Positions 10,120 through 21,078 of a DNA stretch of 64,000 bases are shown here, one piece after another. This DNA comes from a bacterium. GTDB taxonomy: Bacteria > Patescibacteriota > Minisyncoccia > Phycocordibacterales > Phycocordibacteraceae. The stretch's first letter is position 1; each line of letters opens with the position of its first letter. The position numbers and the translations under genes are program-made. The DNA lies in assembly GCA_021811365.1 (NCBI GenBank), contig JAJZPB010000002.1, positions 8,162 to 72,161 on the forward strand. Direction: 5' to 3'. The notes beneath the pieces were generated by a model, which was not told the DNA's origin, searched no databases, and worked only from the letters and a program-made list of their open reading frames with translations.

Positions 10120-11202
10120 TCATTTTTCTGTGGTTTCTGAAAAAAGTTCGAGCACTGCGAGCTCAAGCGGCAGTGCTTGAATCGGCGCATAACGGATGCG
10201 CTCGGAAGCGGTCAGAAATACCAAAAGAACGTTGTGCGTAATTCCCTTTTCGTTTGCAATTTTCTCAAGCGCCACATACTCGTCCTCGCCAAGCTCGTTC
10301 TTAAATGCAGCTCTCATTTCTGGTGCATAGCGAATGAGTAGTACAGCTCGCAGTGTCTCTATAAGAAACTCGAGGAAGAGCTCCATGTCTGCGCCGGACT
10401 GTGCAGCCTTTTCAATGGCGGCAAGTGCAGCTCCGCGCTCGCCCTTGGCGAGCGCGGCTACGAGCGTATGCACGAGCTCGCGCGCTGGAGCGCCCGTAAG
10501 CTTTTCAACATCTTCCCTGCTGAGAGCTGCAGGATTCTTCTTCGACACTCCAATGGCATCCGAAGCTCCTTGTAGCGGCACAAGCGCGCGCTGTAAAATC
10601 GAAAGTGCATCGCGATACGAACCGTCAGCCAGTCGCGCAACCAAGTCTGCTGCATCAGCGTGAAGTGTATAGCCTTCTTTTTTTGCCACATTTGTAACAA
10701 CCGCAGCAAGCTCTGCACGATTTGGTTTTTTAAATTCAAACACTTGGCAGCGCGACTGGACCGTCTCCGGAACACGCTCAAGCTCAGTCGTAGCAAGAAT
10801 GAATACTGCGTGCCCGGGCGGTTCTTCGAGCGTTTTTAAAAATGCGTTCCATGCCGCTTTAGAAAGCATGTGTACTTCGTCAAGAATATATACTTTATAG
10901 TCAGAACCGAACGGCAATGTGTACACGCCCTCAGCGAGCGCGCGAACGTCTTCGACGCTATTGCTCGAGGCAGCATCGATTTCGTGCACGTCGTGTTCAT
11001 CGTAACGGCCTCTATTTATCTCTCGTGCGAAGATACGCGCAACGCTTGTTTTACCGAGTCCACGGCTTCCCGAAAAAAGATACGCGTGGCCAACTTTCCC
11101 CGCGCGCAGCGCCTCCGCAAGCGGCCGGGTTACCTGCTCCTGTCCGATCACCTCGTCAAACGAGCTGGGGCGATATTTGCGATAAAGCGACTCATGCGCC
11201 AT
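10120..11202 (-). CDS. dnaX: DNA polymerase III subunit gamma/tau
   Basis: LYRKYRP, HAYLFSGSRGLGKTS, EIDAAS, LDEVHML, LKTLEEPP, SRCQ. Confidence 0.95.
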   Translation of the reverse strand: MAHESLYRKYRPSSFDEVIGQEQVTRPLAEALRAGKVGHAYLFSGSRGLGKTSVARIFAREINRGRYDEHDVHEIDAASSNSVEDVRALAEGVYTLPFGSDYKVYILDEVHMLSKAAWNAFLKTLEEPPGHAVFILATTELERVPETVQSRCQVFEFKKPNRAELAAVVTNVAKKEGYTLHADAADLVARLADGSYRDALSILQRALVPLQGASDAIGVSKKNPAALSREDVEKLTGAPARELVHTLVAALAKGERGAALAAIEKAAQSGADMELFLEFLIETLRAVLLIRYAPEMRAAFKNELGEDEYVALEKIANEKGITHNVLLVFLTASERIRYAPIQALPLELAVLELFSETTEK

Positions 11203-11220
11203 GGAACCAGTATATAGCTG

Positions 11221-12198
11221 CTACGCGCTGGTGGCTAGAAATGCCTGCGCCTTCGACTCGAGCTGCACTGCATTCTCAGTCGCCATAAGCGCGGCACGCA
11301 GTTCTGCGGCGCCATCAAAGCCGGTGACAAACGCTTTTATATGCTTTTTCAGTATCGAAAAGTTCTTTGCCGGACGAAGCGACTCAAAAGCATGCGCAAG
11401 CTTAGTAAGTGCTGCAAGTTTTTCACCGAGCGATATATCCTCCCTCGTACGTCCGGCAAAAACCCATGGGTTTCCAAACATGCCGCGGCCAATCATGACG
11501 CCATCAGCACCGCTTGCCCGTGCCTTTGCGCGAGCATCGTCGAGGTTCGTCACGTCGCCGTTGCCGAGCAGCAACACTTCCGGTGCAAGCGCATCACGTA
11601 GCGCAACCGCCTTTTGCATAAGCCCCCAGTTTGCTGGCACGAGCGACATTTCTTTGCGTGTACGCAGGTGAAGCGTCACGGCATCGGGCCCAGCAGCGAA
11701 GAGCGCAGGCAGCCACTCGTCGAGCGATTCTTTGCTATAGCCCACGCGCGTTTTCACTGACACGGGCAAACCGGCGCTTTTTGCCGAAGCAACGATCTCC
11801 TGAGCAACTTTCGGCGTCTTAATCATTGCCGACCCGCAACCCTGCCGTTCAATGGCACGGTCTGGGCAGCCCATGTTGATATCAATACCATCGAAGCCGA
11901 GCCTTGCAACGAGCTGCGCGGCATACGCCATGGTTTTCGAGTCGCTTGAAAAAAGCTGGGCGACGATAGGTCGTTCACCTTCGGTGAACGCAAGGTCGCG
12001 CATGAGCGGATTCTCTTCGTCTGGCATTTTTGCCTTCTCGCGGGTGTGATAGAGGCCGTCGGCTGAAACGAATTCTGTCCACGTGACATCCGGCTTGCCG
12101 TAGGTTGCAAGCAGCGCGCGAAAAGCCGAGTCGGTGACGTCTGCCATGGGAGCAGACACAAAAAAAGGCCTTGGTAGGCGGTGCCAAAACGATTGCAT
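11221..12198 (-). CDS. tRNA-dihydrouridine synthase
   Basis: APMADVTD, DINMGCP, SVKTRVG, NGDV, GVMIGRG. Confidence 0.93.
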   Translation of the reverse strand: MQSFWHRLPRPFFVSAPMADVTDSAFRALLATYGKPDVTWTEFVSADGLYHTREKAKMPDEENPLMRDLAFTEGERPIVAQLFSSDSKTMAYAAQLVARLGFDGIDINMGCPDRAIERQGCGSAMIKTPKVAQEIVASAKSAGLPVSVKTRVGYSKESLDEWLPALFAAGPDAVTLHLRTRKEMSLVPANWGLMQKAVALRDALAPEVLLLGNGDVTNLDDARAKARASGADGVMIGRGMFGNPWVFAGRTREDISLGEKLAALTKLAHAFESLRPAKNFSILKKHIKAFVTGFDGAAELRAALMATENAVQLESKAQAFLATSA

Positions 12199-12270
12199 AC
12201 GGACATCCTACCACAAGGGTTGACAACACGCAGCTATGTAGTGTTAGGTATCGCAACTAAGCGGTGCCAC

Positions 12271-13221
12271 TTAGCCGCCTCCATGCGGAGCGGCGGTATT
12301 CTTTTTTACGTACACCTTGCCGCTGAAGCGCAGGTCGACATAGTCGATAGACCCATCTGCGAGGTTAATGTCCTGCCGTGCCGCAGTCAGCGCTGAGAGG
12401 GCTTGCGTGGCGTCGGCTAACAGATACTTCACCACGGTTCCAGACGCAAGCGTGTCGTCAACCTCTCCGTTTTGAATAGAAATAATTCGCACGACGGATC
12501 CGAATGGCGTAAGTTCCTGCGCAAATGAAAAAACTTGGGGGAATGCGGCTGCATTCGGCAGCGTCACGCCGATTGGCCCGACCGTACTCGTGGCCAGAGG
12601 CTCGTATACCACGTACGAATCAAGAGGCTGCGTTGACCCCCCGCTCGATACTGGCGCCGTAACCGCAGCAGCTATCTGCGTAGAGACGCTTGAAGTCGCA
12701 GTCGAAGTCGCAACAATAGTCGTCTGTCTGGTAAGCGGTGTGGTCGTGGCAAAAAGGAAACCGCTCGGATCAAATACGTAACACTGCTGGAACGCAGGAG
12801 TGCTGTCTGCTCCGCACCAGCGCGCAAGCGCGACCCTATCCGTCACAGTGATCCGCAAAGCGTTTCCTCCGAAACGATGCAAAGAAACGGCCGCGATGCT
12901 TGGATCACTTGACATGAGAGCTTGTCGGACGCTTCCCGCTGGATAAAAAAATACCGAGTTGCGCGGAATCAGGTGAAAGTACGTTCCGCGCATCGCACGC
13001 TGCGCGGTCGCTGTCATGGTGCTAGTGCCGCCTGATACAACCACCTGAGATAACCGCACCGACGGTTGCCAGAGACCCCATAGCGCAACTCCCAAAAGGA
13101 GTATTCCAAGGAGGACTTCTGCTGCATGCCTATAACGGCGGCGGCGTTTCCGCCGATCGGAGAGTCGCTTCGTCAGCGCGTGGCCGCGGCTACGCCGGGC
13201 CGATGATCTCTTTTCCAACAT
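12271..13221 (-). CDS. FtsQ/DivIB-like cell division protein
   Basis: Basic N-terminus, one TM segment, POTRA-like region, C-terminal YVDLRFSGKVY; start reassigned to 13221. Confidence 0.7.
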   Translation of the reverse strand: MLEKRSSARRSRGHALTKRLSDRRKRRRRYRHAAEVLLGILLLGVALWGLWQPSVRLSQVVVSGGTSTMTATAQRAMRGTYFHLIPRNSVFFYPAGSVRQALMSSDPSIAAVSLHRFGGNALRITVTDRVALARWCGADSTPAFQQCYVFDPSGFLFATTTPLTRQTTIVATSTATSSVSTQIAAAVTAPVSSGGSTQPLDSYVVYEPLATSTVGPIGVTLPNAAAFPQVFSFAQELTPFGSVVRIISIQNGEVDDTLASGTVVKYLLADATQALSALTAARQDINLADGSIDYVDLRFSGKVYVKKNTAAPHGGG

Positions 13222-14455
13222 ACGGAACCAGCGCTTCCGGCACCCGTATCGTGCCGTCTTCTTGCTGATAGTTCTCAACTATCGAAACAAGAATGCGCGG
13301 AGTCGGAATGGCCGTTGAGTTGAGCGAGTGCGCGAAGCGCAGCGTGCCTTCAGCGTCTCGATACCGGATATTGAGGCGGCGTGTTTGGAAGTCGTGGAAA
13401 TACGACGCGGAGCTAATCTCGCGGTACGTCTTCTCGCCCGGCACCCAGAGTTCGATGTCGTACTTCTTAACCTGTCCGAGACCGAGGTCGCCGCCGCAGT
13501 TCACCACGGTGTGGTACGGGATCTTAAGAAGCTCGATAAATTCTTCAGTGTTGCGGTTAATCGCCGTATGCAACTGCACCGACTCGTCGTGCTCCGCCTT
13601 GCAGAGCACAACCTGCTCCCATTTAAAAAATTCGTGTACACGAATGAGTCCACGCACGTCTTTCCCGTGCGCGCCCGCTTCTCTGCGGAAACAGGGTGAA
13701 AACGCGAGAAATTGTATCGGCAGCTTCTCTAAGTCGAGCGTCTCGTCCATGTGGTATCCCATGGTGGCCACCTCTCCCGTACCCGCAAGGAAATCGCCGT
13801 CCTGTGTTTTGTAGAGATCCTCCTCTCCTTGTGGCAGATAGCCCGTGCCGAGAAACGTTTCGCGGCGTACAAGGGACGGTACGATCATGGGCGAAAGCCC
13901 TTTGCTTGAAAAATGCTTGAGCGCCAGTTGCCAAACCGCGTTCGTAAGCAGTACTCCGTCGCCCTTCAGAAAGTAGCCACGAAACCCTGCAACTTTCGAA
14001 CCCCGTTCGAAGTCCACCATACCGAGATTCGTCATGAGCTCAACGTGTCCTTTCGGCTCAAAAGCGAACTGCGTAGGCTCGCCCCATTTTTTTACCTCCT
14101 TGTTATCTGAGTCATCATCGCCGTCCGGGACGCTGATGTCCGGGACATTCGGTACCGAAAGCATAAGGCGCTGCCACTCCTCCATCACTGTCTTGAGCCG
14201 TTCTTCACTTTCCTGCATGCCCACCTTAAGTTGCCGCATCGCCTCTACAAGATTCTCGCGCGCGGCTCCCTGCGCGCGCTGTATGTCGCTAGAATGACGG
14301 TTCTGTTCAGCTTTTTTAGTATCTATTTCAAACCGCAGCGCGCGGCGTTCGTCGTCTACCACCAAAAGGCGGTCAATATCTACCTCGATGTGCTTTTTAA
14401 CCGCACCGGCTTTGACGATGTCCGCGTTTTCCCGGATGAACTTAATATCGAGCAT
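13190..14455 (-). CDS. serS: serine--tRNA ligase
   Basis: MLDIKFIREN, CFRREAG, GLIRVHEF, EISSAS, HSLNST. Confidence 0.97.
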   Translation of the reverse strand: MLDIKFIRENADIVKAGAVKKHIEVDIDRLLVVDDERRALRFEIDTKKAEQNRHSSDIQRAQGAARENLVEAMRQLKVGMQESEERLKTVMEEWQRLMLSVPNVPDISVPDGDDDSDNKEVKKWGEPTQFAFEPKGHVELMTNLGMVDFERGSKVAGFRGYFLKGDGVLLTNAVWQLALKHFSSKGLSPMIVPSLVRRETFLGTGYLPQGEEDLYKTQDGDFLAGTGEVATMGYHMDETLDLEKLPIQFLAFSPCFRREAGAHGKDVRGLIRVHEFFKWEQVVLCKAEHDESVQLHTAINRNTEEFIELLKIPYHTVVNCGGDLGLGQVKKYDIELWVPGEKTYREISSASYFHDFQTRRLNIRYRDAEGTLRFAHSLNSTAIPTPRILVSIVENYQQEDGTIRVPEALVPYVGKEIIGPA

Positions 14456-14551
14456 GGTAGTGTCATTCTACGGCATTATTGCGACCACGAAAAGCGCCGT
14501 ACGGGGATTTGCACCGATTGCGGATTCGGCCCGGTTTATACTCAGTACGCA

Positions 14552-15430
14552 ATGGATGCGACTGATGAGATTAGACTACTGCGGCGCGAGGAGTTTCCAC
14601 CCGAGCTACTCGAGTTGCCCGACCCGCCCGAACAGTTGTGGCTGCGGGGTGCACCCATCCCCGTACGCGTTGCACGCTTAGCTATCGTTGGCAGCCGCGC
14701 GCTCAGCTCGTACGGACGCGAGGCGTGCCAGACCCTCGTAGCCGGCCTTGCCGGCTACCCTATTGCGATCATTTCAGGTCTTGCTCTTGGCGCTGATGCC
14801 TGCGCGCACCGCGCGGCGCTTACCGCAGGACTGCCGGTTATTGCCGTTCCGGGCTCAGGTCTCGGCGATGACGCGCTCTACCCGCGCGCTAACTATGCGC
14901 TCGCACAGGACATTCTTGCGTCCGGCGGCACGCTTCTTTCCGAACACGAGCCATCGCACAAAGCGCGCGTGTACGACTTTCCGTCACGCAATCGCATTAT
15001 GGTCGGACTTGCTGACGCAGTACTGGTCATCGAGGCGGGCCAAAAATCCGGGACACTCATAACTGCGCGACTGGCAAGCGAATACAACCGCGAACTGCTT
15101 TTCGTGCCGCACCGCATCGGTGATCCGCACGGCTTCGGCGCACACCTTTTTTTACGCCTTGGCGCTGCACTTGCCGCAGAGCCGCGGCACATCCTTGAAG
15201 CCTTGCGCATACCGCCTCGGGAAGAAGCATTGGCGACAGAAATGCCAAGACTCGAGGGCGCGGACTTGCGCGTATGGGAGCTTCTCGCTGAACCTCGCTC
15301 GCGCGACGAGCTTTTGCGCGCCGGCAGAGCCAGCGCGCACCATGCAGCGGGCGACTTGCTTACCGCACTCATTTCGCTTGAACTGCGCGGCTTGGTCCGT
15401 GAAGAGTTCGGAGCCTGGCGGCGCACGTGA
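14552..15430 (+). CDS. dprA: DNA-processing protein DprA
   Basis: LAIVGSR, ISGLALGADACAH, FPSRNRI, IEAGQKSGTLITA; start reassigned to ATG 14552. Confidence 0.93.
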   Translation: MDATDEIRLLRREEFPPELLELPDPPEQLWLRGAPIPVRVARLAIVGSRALSSYGREACQTLVAGLAGYPIAIISGLALGADACAHRAALTAGLPVIAVPGSGLGDDALYPRANYALAQDILASGGTLLSEHEPSHKARVYDFPSRNRIMVGLADAVLVIEAGQKSGTLITARLASEYNRELLFVPHRIGDPHGFGAHLFLRLGAALAAEPRHILEALRIPPREEALATEMPRLEGADLRVWELLAEPRSRDELLRAGRASAHHAAGDLLTALISLELRGLVREEFGAWRRT

Positions 15431-15449
15431 ACTCCTCTGCACTTCCCCC

Positions 15450-16307
15450 ATGAAGGTACTCTCCTGGAATATGCTTTTTACCAATTCGCACCTGGAGCGC
15501 GCGCTGGCTTTTTTGCGCAGCGCTGATGCAGACATCATTTGTTTGCAAGAAGTGCCGAAGCAGTTTCTTCTGCAGCTACGCGCGCTTCCGTACGAACTCG
15601 TAAGCGCCCAGGAAATCGAGCGCGTACACCGCAGCGGTCGTTCGGCTCAGTACCTTGTAATACTCTCCCGCTACCCAATCCGGCGACGGCAAGCAGTGCG
15701 GCTCCCTTTGCGCGATACGCACGACCCGTTGCGTACACGCCTTTTTGTTCGCGTAATGCGAGCGCTCGGCGTGTGGGCGCAAGGCGTAGGCGATCGCCAC
15801 GCACTTATTGCCGACCTCGACACGCACGACGGCATCGTGCGCGTTTTTAACCTGCACCTGCCGCTTCACCGCTTCGCATGGCGGCAAGAGGAGTTCGAGC
15901 TTGCCCTGGCAGAACGGGACGCAACCATACCCACAATCGTCTGCGGCGATTTCAACACACTCGAGTCGCGCCGCATTGCGGTTCTGAGCTGGCTACTGGG
16001 CGGGCGATTCGCGAGCGCCGTCCGCTGGCGACGCGAACGCACAAACATGCAGGAGCGATTTGACGCACACGGCCTCACCAACCCGCTACGCGGCCGCATC
16101 ACGCATCCGCTTTCTAACAGCCAACTCGATCACATCCTCGCCTCGAAACATTTTTTCGTTGGCGAGTCAGCGGCGCAGCGGGAAACAATCGGTTCAGACC
16201 ACCGACCCATTTTCGCCGTACTTTCTCGCTTTCCCATAGCGCAAACAAACGACAACCACGAAGACAGAGGCCGCAGCGAGCGCTACGAGCTGATACAGAG
16301 GCGATAG
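15450..16307 (+). CDS. endonuclease/exonuclease/phosphatase family protein
   Basis: VLSWN, DIICLQEV, NLHL, GDFN, LDHI, SDHRP; 3' end overlaps the convergent VTT gene. Confidence 0.88.
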   Translation: MKVLSWNMLFTNSHLERALAFLRSADADIICLQEVPKQFLLQLRALPYELVSAQEIERVHRSGRSAQYLVILSRYPIRRRQAVRLPLRDTHDPLRTRLFVRVMRALGVWAQGVGDRHALIADLDTHDGIVRVFNLHLPLHRFAWRQEEFELALAERDATIPTIVCGDFNTLESRRIAVLSWLLGGRFASAVRWRRERTNMQERFDAHGLTNPLRGRITHPLSNSQLDHILASKHFFVGESAAQRETIGSDHRPIFAVLSRFPIAQTNDNHEDRGRSERYELIQRR

Positions 16308-16847
16308 CGTCCCGACAAACGCAAAATAAAATCCGAACGGCGAGACGCCGATCGCCGTTGCGAGAACATACTGCCACGACGGAATCGGTGCGAACAGCCC
16401 GAGCGCATAACTGAGCAAGTCTACCGGTACGAGCATCCGCAGTACGATTACCGACCAAAAAAGATTTGTCCGAGGTACTCGACGACGCAGCTGCTCGACT
16501 GCTCTTTTCCCCGCAATCATGCTCACGAGCGGAGTCCCGTACCGCCGCGCAAGCGCAAAAGATATGCTCGCGCCGATGGTCCAGCCTGTGATGCTCATGA
16601 GGGCCGTCGCGACCGGCCCGTACAGAACTACCCCGAGCGGCACGAGAAGCACCAAATCTAGCGGAATGAAAAAAATCTCGAAGCACATGGTAAGGAGTAC
16701 GAACGCGACCATGCCACTTACTCCGCCACTTCCCACGGCTGTAGCGAGCGTACCGCTGTACGAATGCGCAAGGAACGAGACGAGCACAAAAACAGCCACA
16801 ACCGCTAGCATGGTGCCTACCTGGCGCACGCCCAGCCGCCCGTTCAT
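16194..16847 (-). CDS. VTT-domain (TVP38/TMEM64/DedA superfamily) membrane protein
   Basis: GASISFALARRYG, LRMLVPVDLLSYALG, ATAIG. Confidence 0.85.
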   Translation of the reverse strand: MNGRLGVRQVGTMLAVVAVFVLVSFLAHSYSGTLATAVGSGGVSGMVAFVLLTMCFEIFFIPLDLVLLVPLGVVLYGPVATALMSITGWTIGASISFALARRYGTPLVSMIAGKRAVEQLRRRVPRTNLFWSVIVLRMLVPVDLLSYALGLFAPIPSWQYVLATAIGVSPFGFYFAFVGTLSPLYQLVALAAASVFVVVVCLRYGKARKYGENGSVV

Positions 16848-16955
16848 GTGTCTAGTATACCCTTAGAAATACTGCAGTTTCTGAATCCTGAAGCCGTTCT
16901 CCCCACACCCGCCGAGGTTGACTATATAGAGGTATGCACGGTATGAGTTGAAATC

Positions 16956-19340
16956 ATGGCAAAGCAATTACTCATAGTGGAGTCGCCCACCAAGGCGCGA
17001 ACCATCGGCCAGTACGTCGGAAAGGAGTACGACGTGCTGGCCTCTGTGGGCCACGTGCGCGACCTTCCCAAAAGCAACAAAGACGCCGTTGACATCCCGG
17101 GCGGTTTCGTCCCGCACTACGTCGTGTCCCCGGACAAGCGAGATATCATCGAAAAGATTAGAGCTGCAGCGGCTAAGGCGAGTGTTGTGTATCTTGCAAC
17201 CGACCCCGACCGAGAGGGCGAAGCGATTGCCTGGCACCTCAAAGAGGCAGTAAACCTAAAAAAGCCAAAACGCGTCGTTTTCCACGAAATTACAAAAAGC
17301 GCGATCGAGGAAGCACTCAAACACCCGCGCGAAATCGACGAGAACTTGCGCCAAGCTCAGGAGGCGCGGCGTGTTCTTGACCGCATTGTCGGATACGACC
17401 TCTCCGGCCTTATTTGGAAAAAGGTACGGTACGGTCTTTCTGCAGGCCGTGTACAGTCGCCAGCGCTCCGTATCCTCGCGGAACGCGAGCGCGAAATCGC
17501 CGCATTCGTACCGGAAACATATTTTGTCATTACTGCCGAGTTTGGAGACACCCACGCAAACCAGTTTCCCGCAACCTGTGTTGAGCAGCCTAAGACGCGC
17601 GAGGAGGCGGACCGCATCGTCTCGCTCGGGAAAGACGCGTCGTGGAAAGTAGCGAACGTAACGGAAAAGTCTGAGGAGCGCAATCCGCGGCCTCCGTTTA
17701 CCACCTCTACCCTGCAACAGACCGCTTCGACGCGTCTCGGATTTGCACCGAGCCGCACCATGCGCGCAGCGCAAAAGCTCTATGAAGCAGGACACATTAC
17801 GTACATGCGGACCGACTCGGTAAACCTTGCCTCGGAAGCGGTGACTAAACTCGCAGCGGTCGTCCAGCAAGGGTTTGGATCGGAATACCTCGAGACACGC
17901 GCATACAAGACGACGAGTAAAAACGCTCAGGAGGCGCACGAAGCGATCCGACCGACTGAGCCCGCGCGCGAACACGCGGGCTCTACGGCAGACGAGCAAA
18001 GCCTCTACGAGCTCATTCGGACGCGTGCAATTGCTTCTCAAATGGCAAGCGCGCGCATCATGCGCACGAGCGTTTCGGCGGAAGCGTCCGCGGACATGCC
18101 GGTCTTTACCGCAAACGGTTCGCGCGTCATGTTCCCCGGATGGCTTGCGCTCGATACACGCGCGCGTGGAGAAGATGTGGAGCTGCCCAAGCTCACGAGT
18201 GGCGAACCGCTTTCCCTTACAACCCTTGACGCGCAGGAGAAGCAGACTGAACCGCCCCATCGCTACACGGAAGCCGGCCTCATTCGCGAACTTGAAAAGC
18301 GCGGCATTGGCCGCCCCTCGACCTATGCGAGCATTATGAAAACTATCCAGGATCGCGGCTATGTGGATCGAACCGGCCGTACGCTCACGCCCACTGCGAC
18401 CGGCATGGTGGTTTCTGGCTGGCTTGAAGAACATTTTCCACAGTATGTGAGCGATTCGTTTACGGCCGAGATGGAGGATGAACTCGACGAAATCGCACGA
18501 GGCGAACGTAGCTATCTTGAGACGCTTTCTGCGTTTTATGGCCCGTTTGAGAAAGAGGTCCGAGAGAAAGACTCCCTCCCAAAGGCAACCGCTCTCGGCG
18601 ATGCGCCGGCCGAGTTTCCCTGTCCGATTTGCGGCAGTCCCATGGAATACAAACTCGGCCGCGGCGGTATCTTCATGAGCTGCAAGCGATACCCAGAATG
18701 CACGGGTGCCCGTACGGAAAGCGGCGGCGAGATCAAAGCAGACGAACCAATTGGCCTGCATCCGCAAACCGGCATGCCGGTGTACGTCAAGACCGGACGT
18801 TTCGGTCCCTATGTCGAGATGCCGCTTACCAATACGGAAGCAAAAGAACCCGTAGACGACGAAGTCAAGCCGAAACGAAAAAAGCGTGCAGCAAAAAAGA
18901 CCGCGCCTCCGGTAAAGCGCGCAAGCATCCCGACAGATAAAAAACCAGAGGAGGTCACGCTGGAGGACGCCGTGAAATACCTGTCACTGCCGCGCGAGCT
19001 GGGCGTCGATCCGAATACTGAAAAGCCAGTTTTTGCGAACACAGGTCGTTTTGGTCCCTATGTTGGTCGAGATGGAGAATTTCGTTCTATCAAAAAAGGC
19101 GACCCGTATACGATCACGTTTGAAGAAGCGCTCAGCCTTCTTGCGCAGCCAAAGCTGCCGCCGCGCGGAGCAGAGATCGTACGCGACATCGGTAAAATGC
19201 CTAAAAGCGGTAAGCCGATCGTACTTTACAAATCAAAACAGGGTCTGTTTTTCAAGAAAGGCCTTCGGCGCATCTACCTTCCGGAAAATACCGATCCGAC
19301 GAGCATTACTCCTGCAGAAGCGGAGGCGTATATAAAGTAG
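16956..19340 (+). CDS. topA: DNA topoisomerase I
   Basis: IVESPTKA, ATDPDREGEAI, SAGRVQS, ITYMRTD, one zinc ribbon and C-terminal GRFGPY repeats. Confidence 0.97.
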   Translation: MAKQLLIVESPTKARTIGQYVGKEYDVLASVGHVRDLPKSNKDAVDIPGGFVPHYVVSPDKRDIIEKIRAAAAKASVVYLATDPDREGEAIAWHLKEAVNLKKPKRVVFHEITKSAIEEALKHPREIDENLRQAQEARRVLDRIVGYDLSGLIWKKVRYGLSAGRVQSPALRILAEREREIAAFVPETYFVITAEFGDTHANQFPATCVEQPKTREEADRIVSLGKDASWKVANVTEKSEERNPRPPFTTSTLQQTASTRLGFAPSRTMRAAQKLYEAGHITYMRTDSVNLASEAVTKLAAVVQQGFGSEYLETRAYKTTSKNAQEAHEAIRPTEPAREHAGSTADEQSLYELIRTRAIASQMASARIMRTSVSAEASADMPVFTANGSRVMFPGWLALDTRARGEDVELPKLTSGEPLSLTTLDAQEKQTEPPHRYTEAGLIRELEKRGIGRPSTYASIMKTIQDRGYVDRTGRTLTPTATGMVVSGWLEEHFPQYVSDSFTAEMEDELDEIARGERSYLETLSAFYGPFEKEVREKDSLPKATALGDAPAEFPCPICGSPMEYKLGRGGIFMSCKRYPECTGARTESGGEIKADEPIGLHPQTGMPVYVKTGRFGPYVEMPLTNTEAKEPVDDEVKPKRKKRAAKKTAPPVKRASIPTDKKPEEVTLEDAVKYLSLPRELGVDPNTEKPVFANTGRFGPYVGRDGEFRSIKKGDPYTITFEEALSLLAQPKLPPRGAEIVRDIGKMPKSGKPIVLYKSKQGLFFKKGLRRIYLPENTDPTSITPAEAEAYIK

Positions 19341-19417
19341 CGTAGCTGCATAGAACGGAGTAGTGCCAGTCGTACTTTCACTTTACTCTTGCCAGAATAG
19401 CGCTATTATAGCGCTTC

Positions 19418-21037
19418 ATGACTCCGCTCAAGGACATCCTGGGCGCGATGCGCGGTACCGCGGACACTGAACGCGATCTCGTACGGCGTGCGTACGAATT
19501 TTCGGAGCAGGCACATGCAGGCCAGACCCGCTATTCGGGCGAACCCTACTTCATTCACCCTGCCGCTGTCGCAAAAACACTTGCCGAATTCGGCATGGAC
19601 GCGGTAACCATAGCAGCTGGGCTGCTCCACGACACCGTCGAAGATGCACAAACGTCGGAAGAGGAGATTGAGAAAAATTTCGGGAAAGAGGTGCTTTTTA
19701 TTGTTGACGGAGTCACAAAACTTGGCCGCCACAAGTACCGTGGTGCAGAACGCCATGCCGAAAGCCTCCGTCGCCTGCTCGTCGCCACCGCGTCCGACAT
19801 CCGCGTTCTCATCGTGAAGCTTGCCGACCGTCTCCACAACATGCAAACGCTCGGACATGTCCCGCCGCACAAGCGCCACCGGATAGCGCTTGAGACGCTC
19901 GAAATTTATGCCCCGATTGCCGACCGGCTTGGTATGGGTCAGGTTAAGCGCGACCTAGAAGACCTTGCGTTCCCCCATATCGACCCCGATGCCTATGCGC
20001 ATACGCTTGAATTGCGCAAAGCAAAGACAAAAGAAACGGAAACAGGTCTTGCGAAAGTACAAAAAGAGCTCCGCAAAGAGTTTGCGAAGAAGGGCGTGCA
20101 GAACTTTCGCACCGACATTCGTACTAAAGGTCTCTGGAGTCTCCACCAGAAACTCATTCGCAAACACGACGACATTACGCTCATTCACGACATTGCGGCG
20201 TTGCGAATTATCGTGCCGAAACTCGAAGTCTGCTATGTTGCGCTCGGCATCGTGCATGCGCTCTATCGCCCGCTTCCAGGCGAGTTCAAGGATTACATAG
20301 CCTTCCCGAAACCGAACGGATACCAGTCCCTACACACGACCGTCATGACGAGTGAAGCGGGCGTAGTCGAAGTACAAATCCGCACTGAAGAAATGCATCG
20401 CCACGCCGAATTCGGCATTGCATCCCACATGAGCTACAAGCTTTTGGGAAAAGATATAGAGCTGCTCGCCCGCTCTGTCCAGCGCAGTCGTTTCTCTGCT
20501 CTCTCTTTTTCATGGATACGCTCGCTCATTCCGTCGCTCATGCACGTTTCAAGCGCTACGAAGGGAGCTGATAGGAACGCTGCGGAGTCTCCGCACTGGC
20601 TCACAGAGCTTGCGGACGCCCACGCAGCGATTGCGGAATCGCAGGTGTTTGTTGAAGGTCTTAAGGAGGACTTCTTCTCTCACCGTGTATTTGTGTTCAC
20701 GCCGCAGGGCGACGTGGTTGACCTACCAATCTCTTCAACACCTATCGATTTTGCTTACGCAATTCACACCGATCTTGGGGACCATCTCCAGGGAGCAAAG
20801 GTTAACAGCAAGCTTGTTTCTTTTGCAACGAAGCTTAACAATGGTGACATCGTTGAAATACTGCGGCGCGACAGCGCCCATCCATCTCCGAAGTGGCTCG
20901 AGCACGTAAAAACGGCTCTGGCGCGCAAGCATATTCGCCTCGCACTCGGAATGACCGAACCAGACAAGACGAAACGCCGAAAACGGCGTGGCGCAACGAA
21001 GCACGCTACCGTTACGCATGAGGACGTAAAGAAATAG
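19418..21037 (+). CDS. RelA/SpoT family (p)ppGpp synthetase/hydrolase (HD, synthetase, TGS; no ACT domain)
   Basis: SGEPYFIHP, LLHDTVED, KLADRLHNM, KPNGYQSLHT, EVQIRT, TPIDFAYAIHT. Confidence 0.95.
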   Translation: MTPLKDILGAMRGTADTERDLVRRAYEFSEQAHAGQTRYSGEPYFIHPAAVAKTLAEFGMDAVTIAAGLLHDTVEDAQTSEEEIEKNFGKEVLFIVDGVTKLGRHKYRGAERHAESLRRLLVATASDIRVLIVKLADRLHNMQTLGHVPPHKRHRIALETLEIYAPIADRLGMGQVKRDLEDLAFPHIDPDAYAHTLELRKAKTKETETGLAKVQKELRKEFAKKGVQNFRTDIRTKGLWSLHQKLIRKHDDITLIHDIAALRIIVPKLEVCYVALGIVHALYRPLPGEFKDYIAFPKPNGYQSLHTTVMTSEAGVVEVQIRTEEMHRHAEFGIASHMSYKLLGKDIELLARSVQRSRFSALSFSWIRSLIPSLMHVSSATKGADRNAAESPHWLTELADAHAAIAESQVFVEGLKEDFFSHRVFVFTPQGDVVDLPISSTPIDFAYAIHTDLGDHLQGAKVNSKLVSFATKLNNGDIVEILRRDSAHPSPKWLEHVKTALARKHIRLALGMTEPDKTKRRKRRGATKHATVTHEDVKK

Positions 21038-21078
21038 CACGCAAATCAACCCTAGAGGCGCTAGGGCTGGTTCGCGGG

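Noticed and set aside
17256-18767. 503-aa antisense ORF (also 37765..38733, 9082..9909, 39091..39717, 23323..24051)
   Set aside because: Shadow frames opposite well-supported genes in GC-rich sequence, with no motifs.
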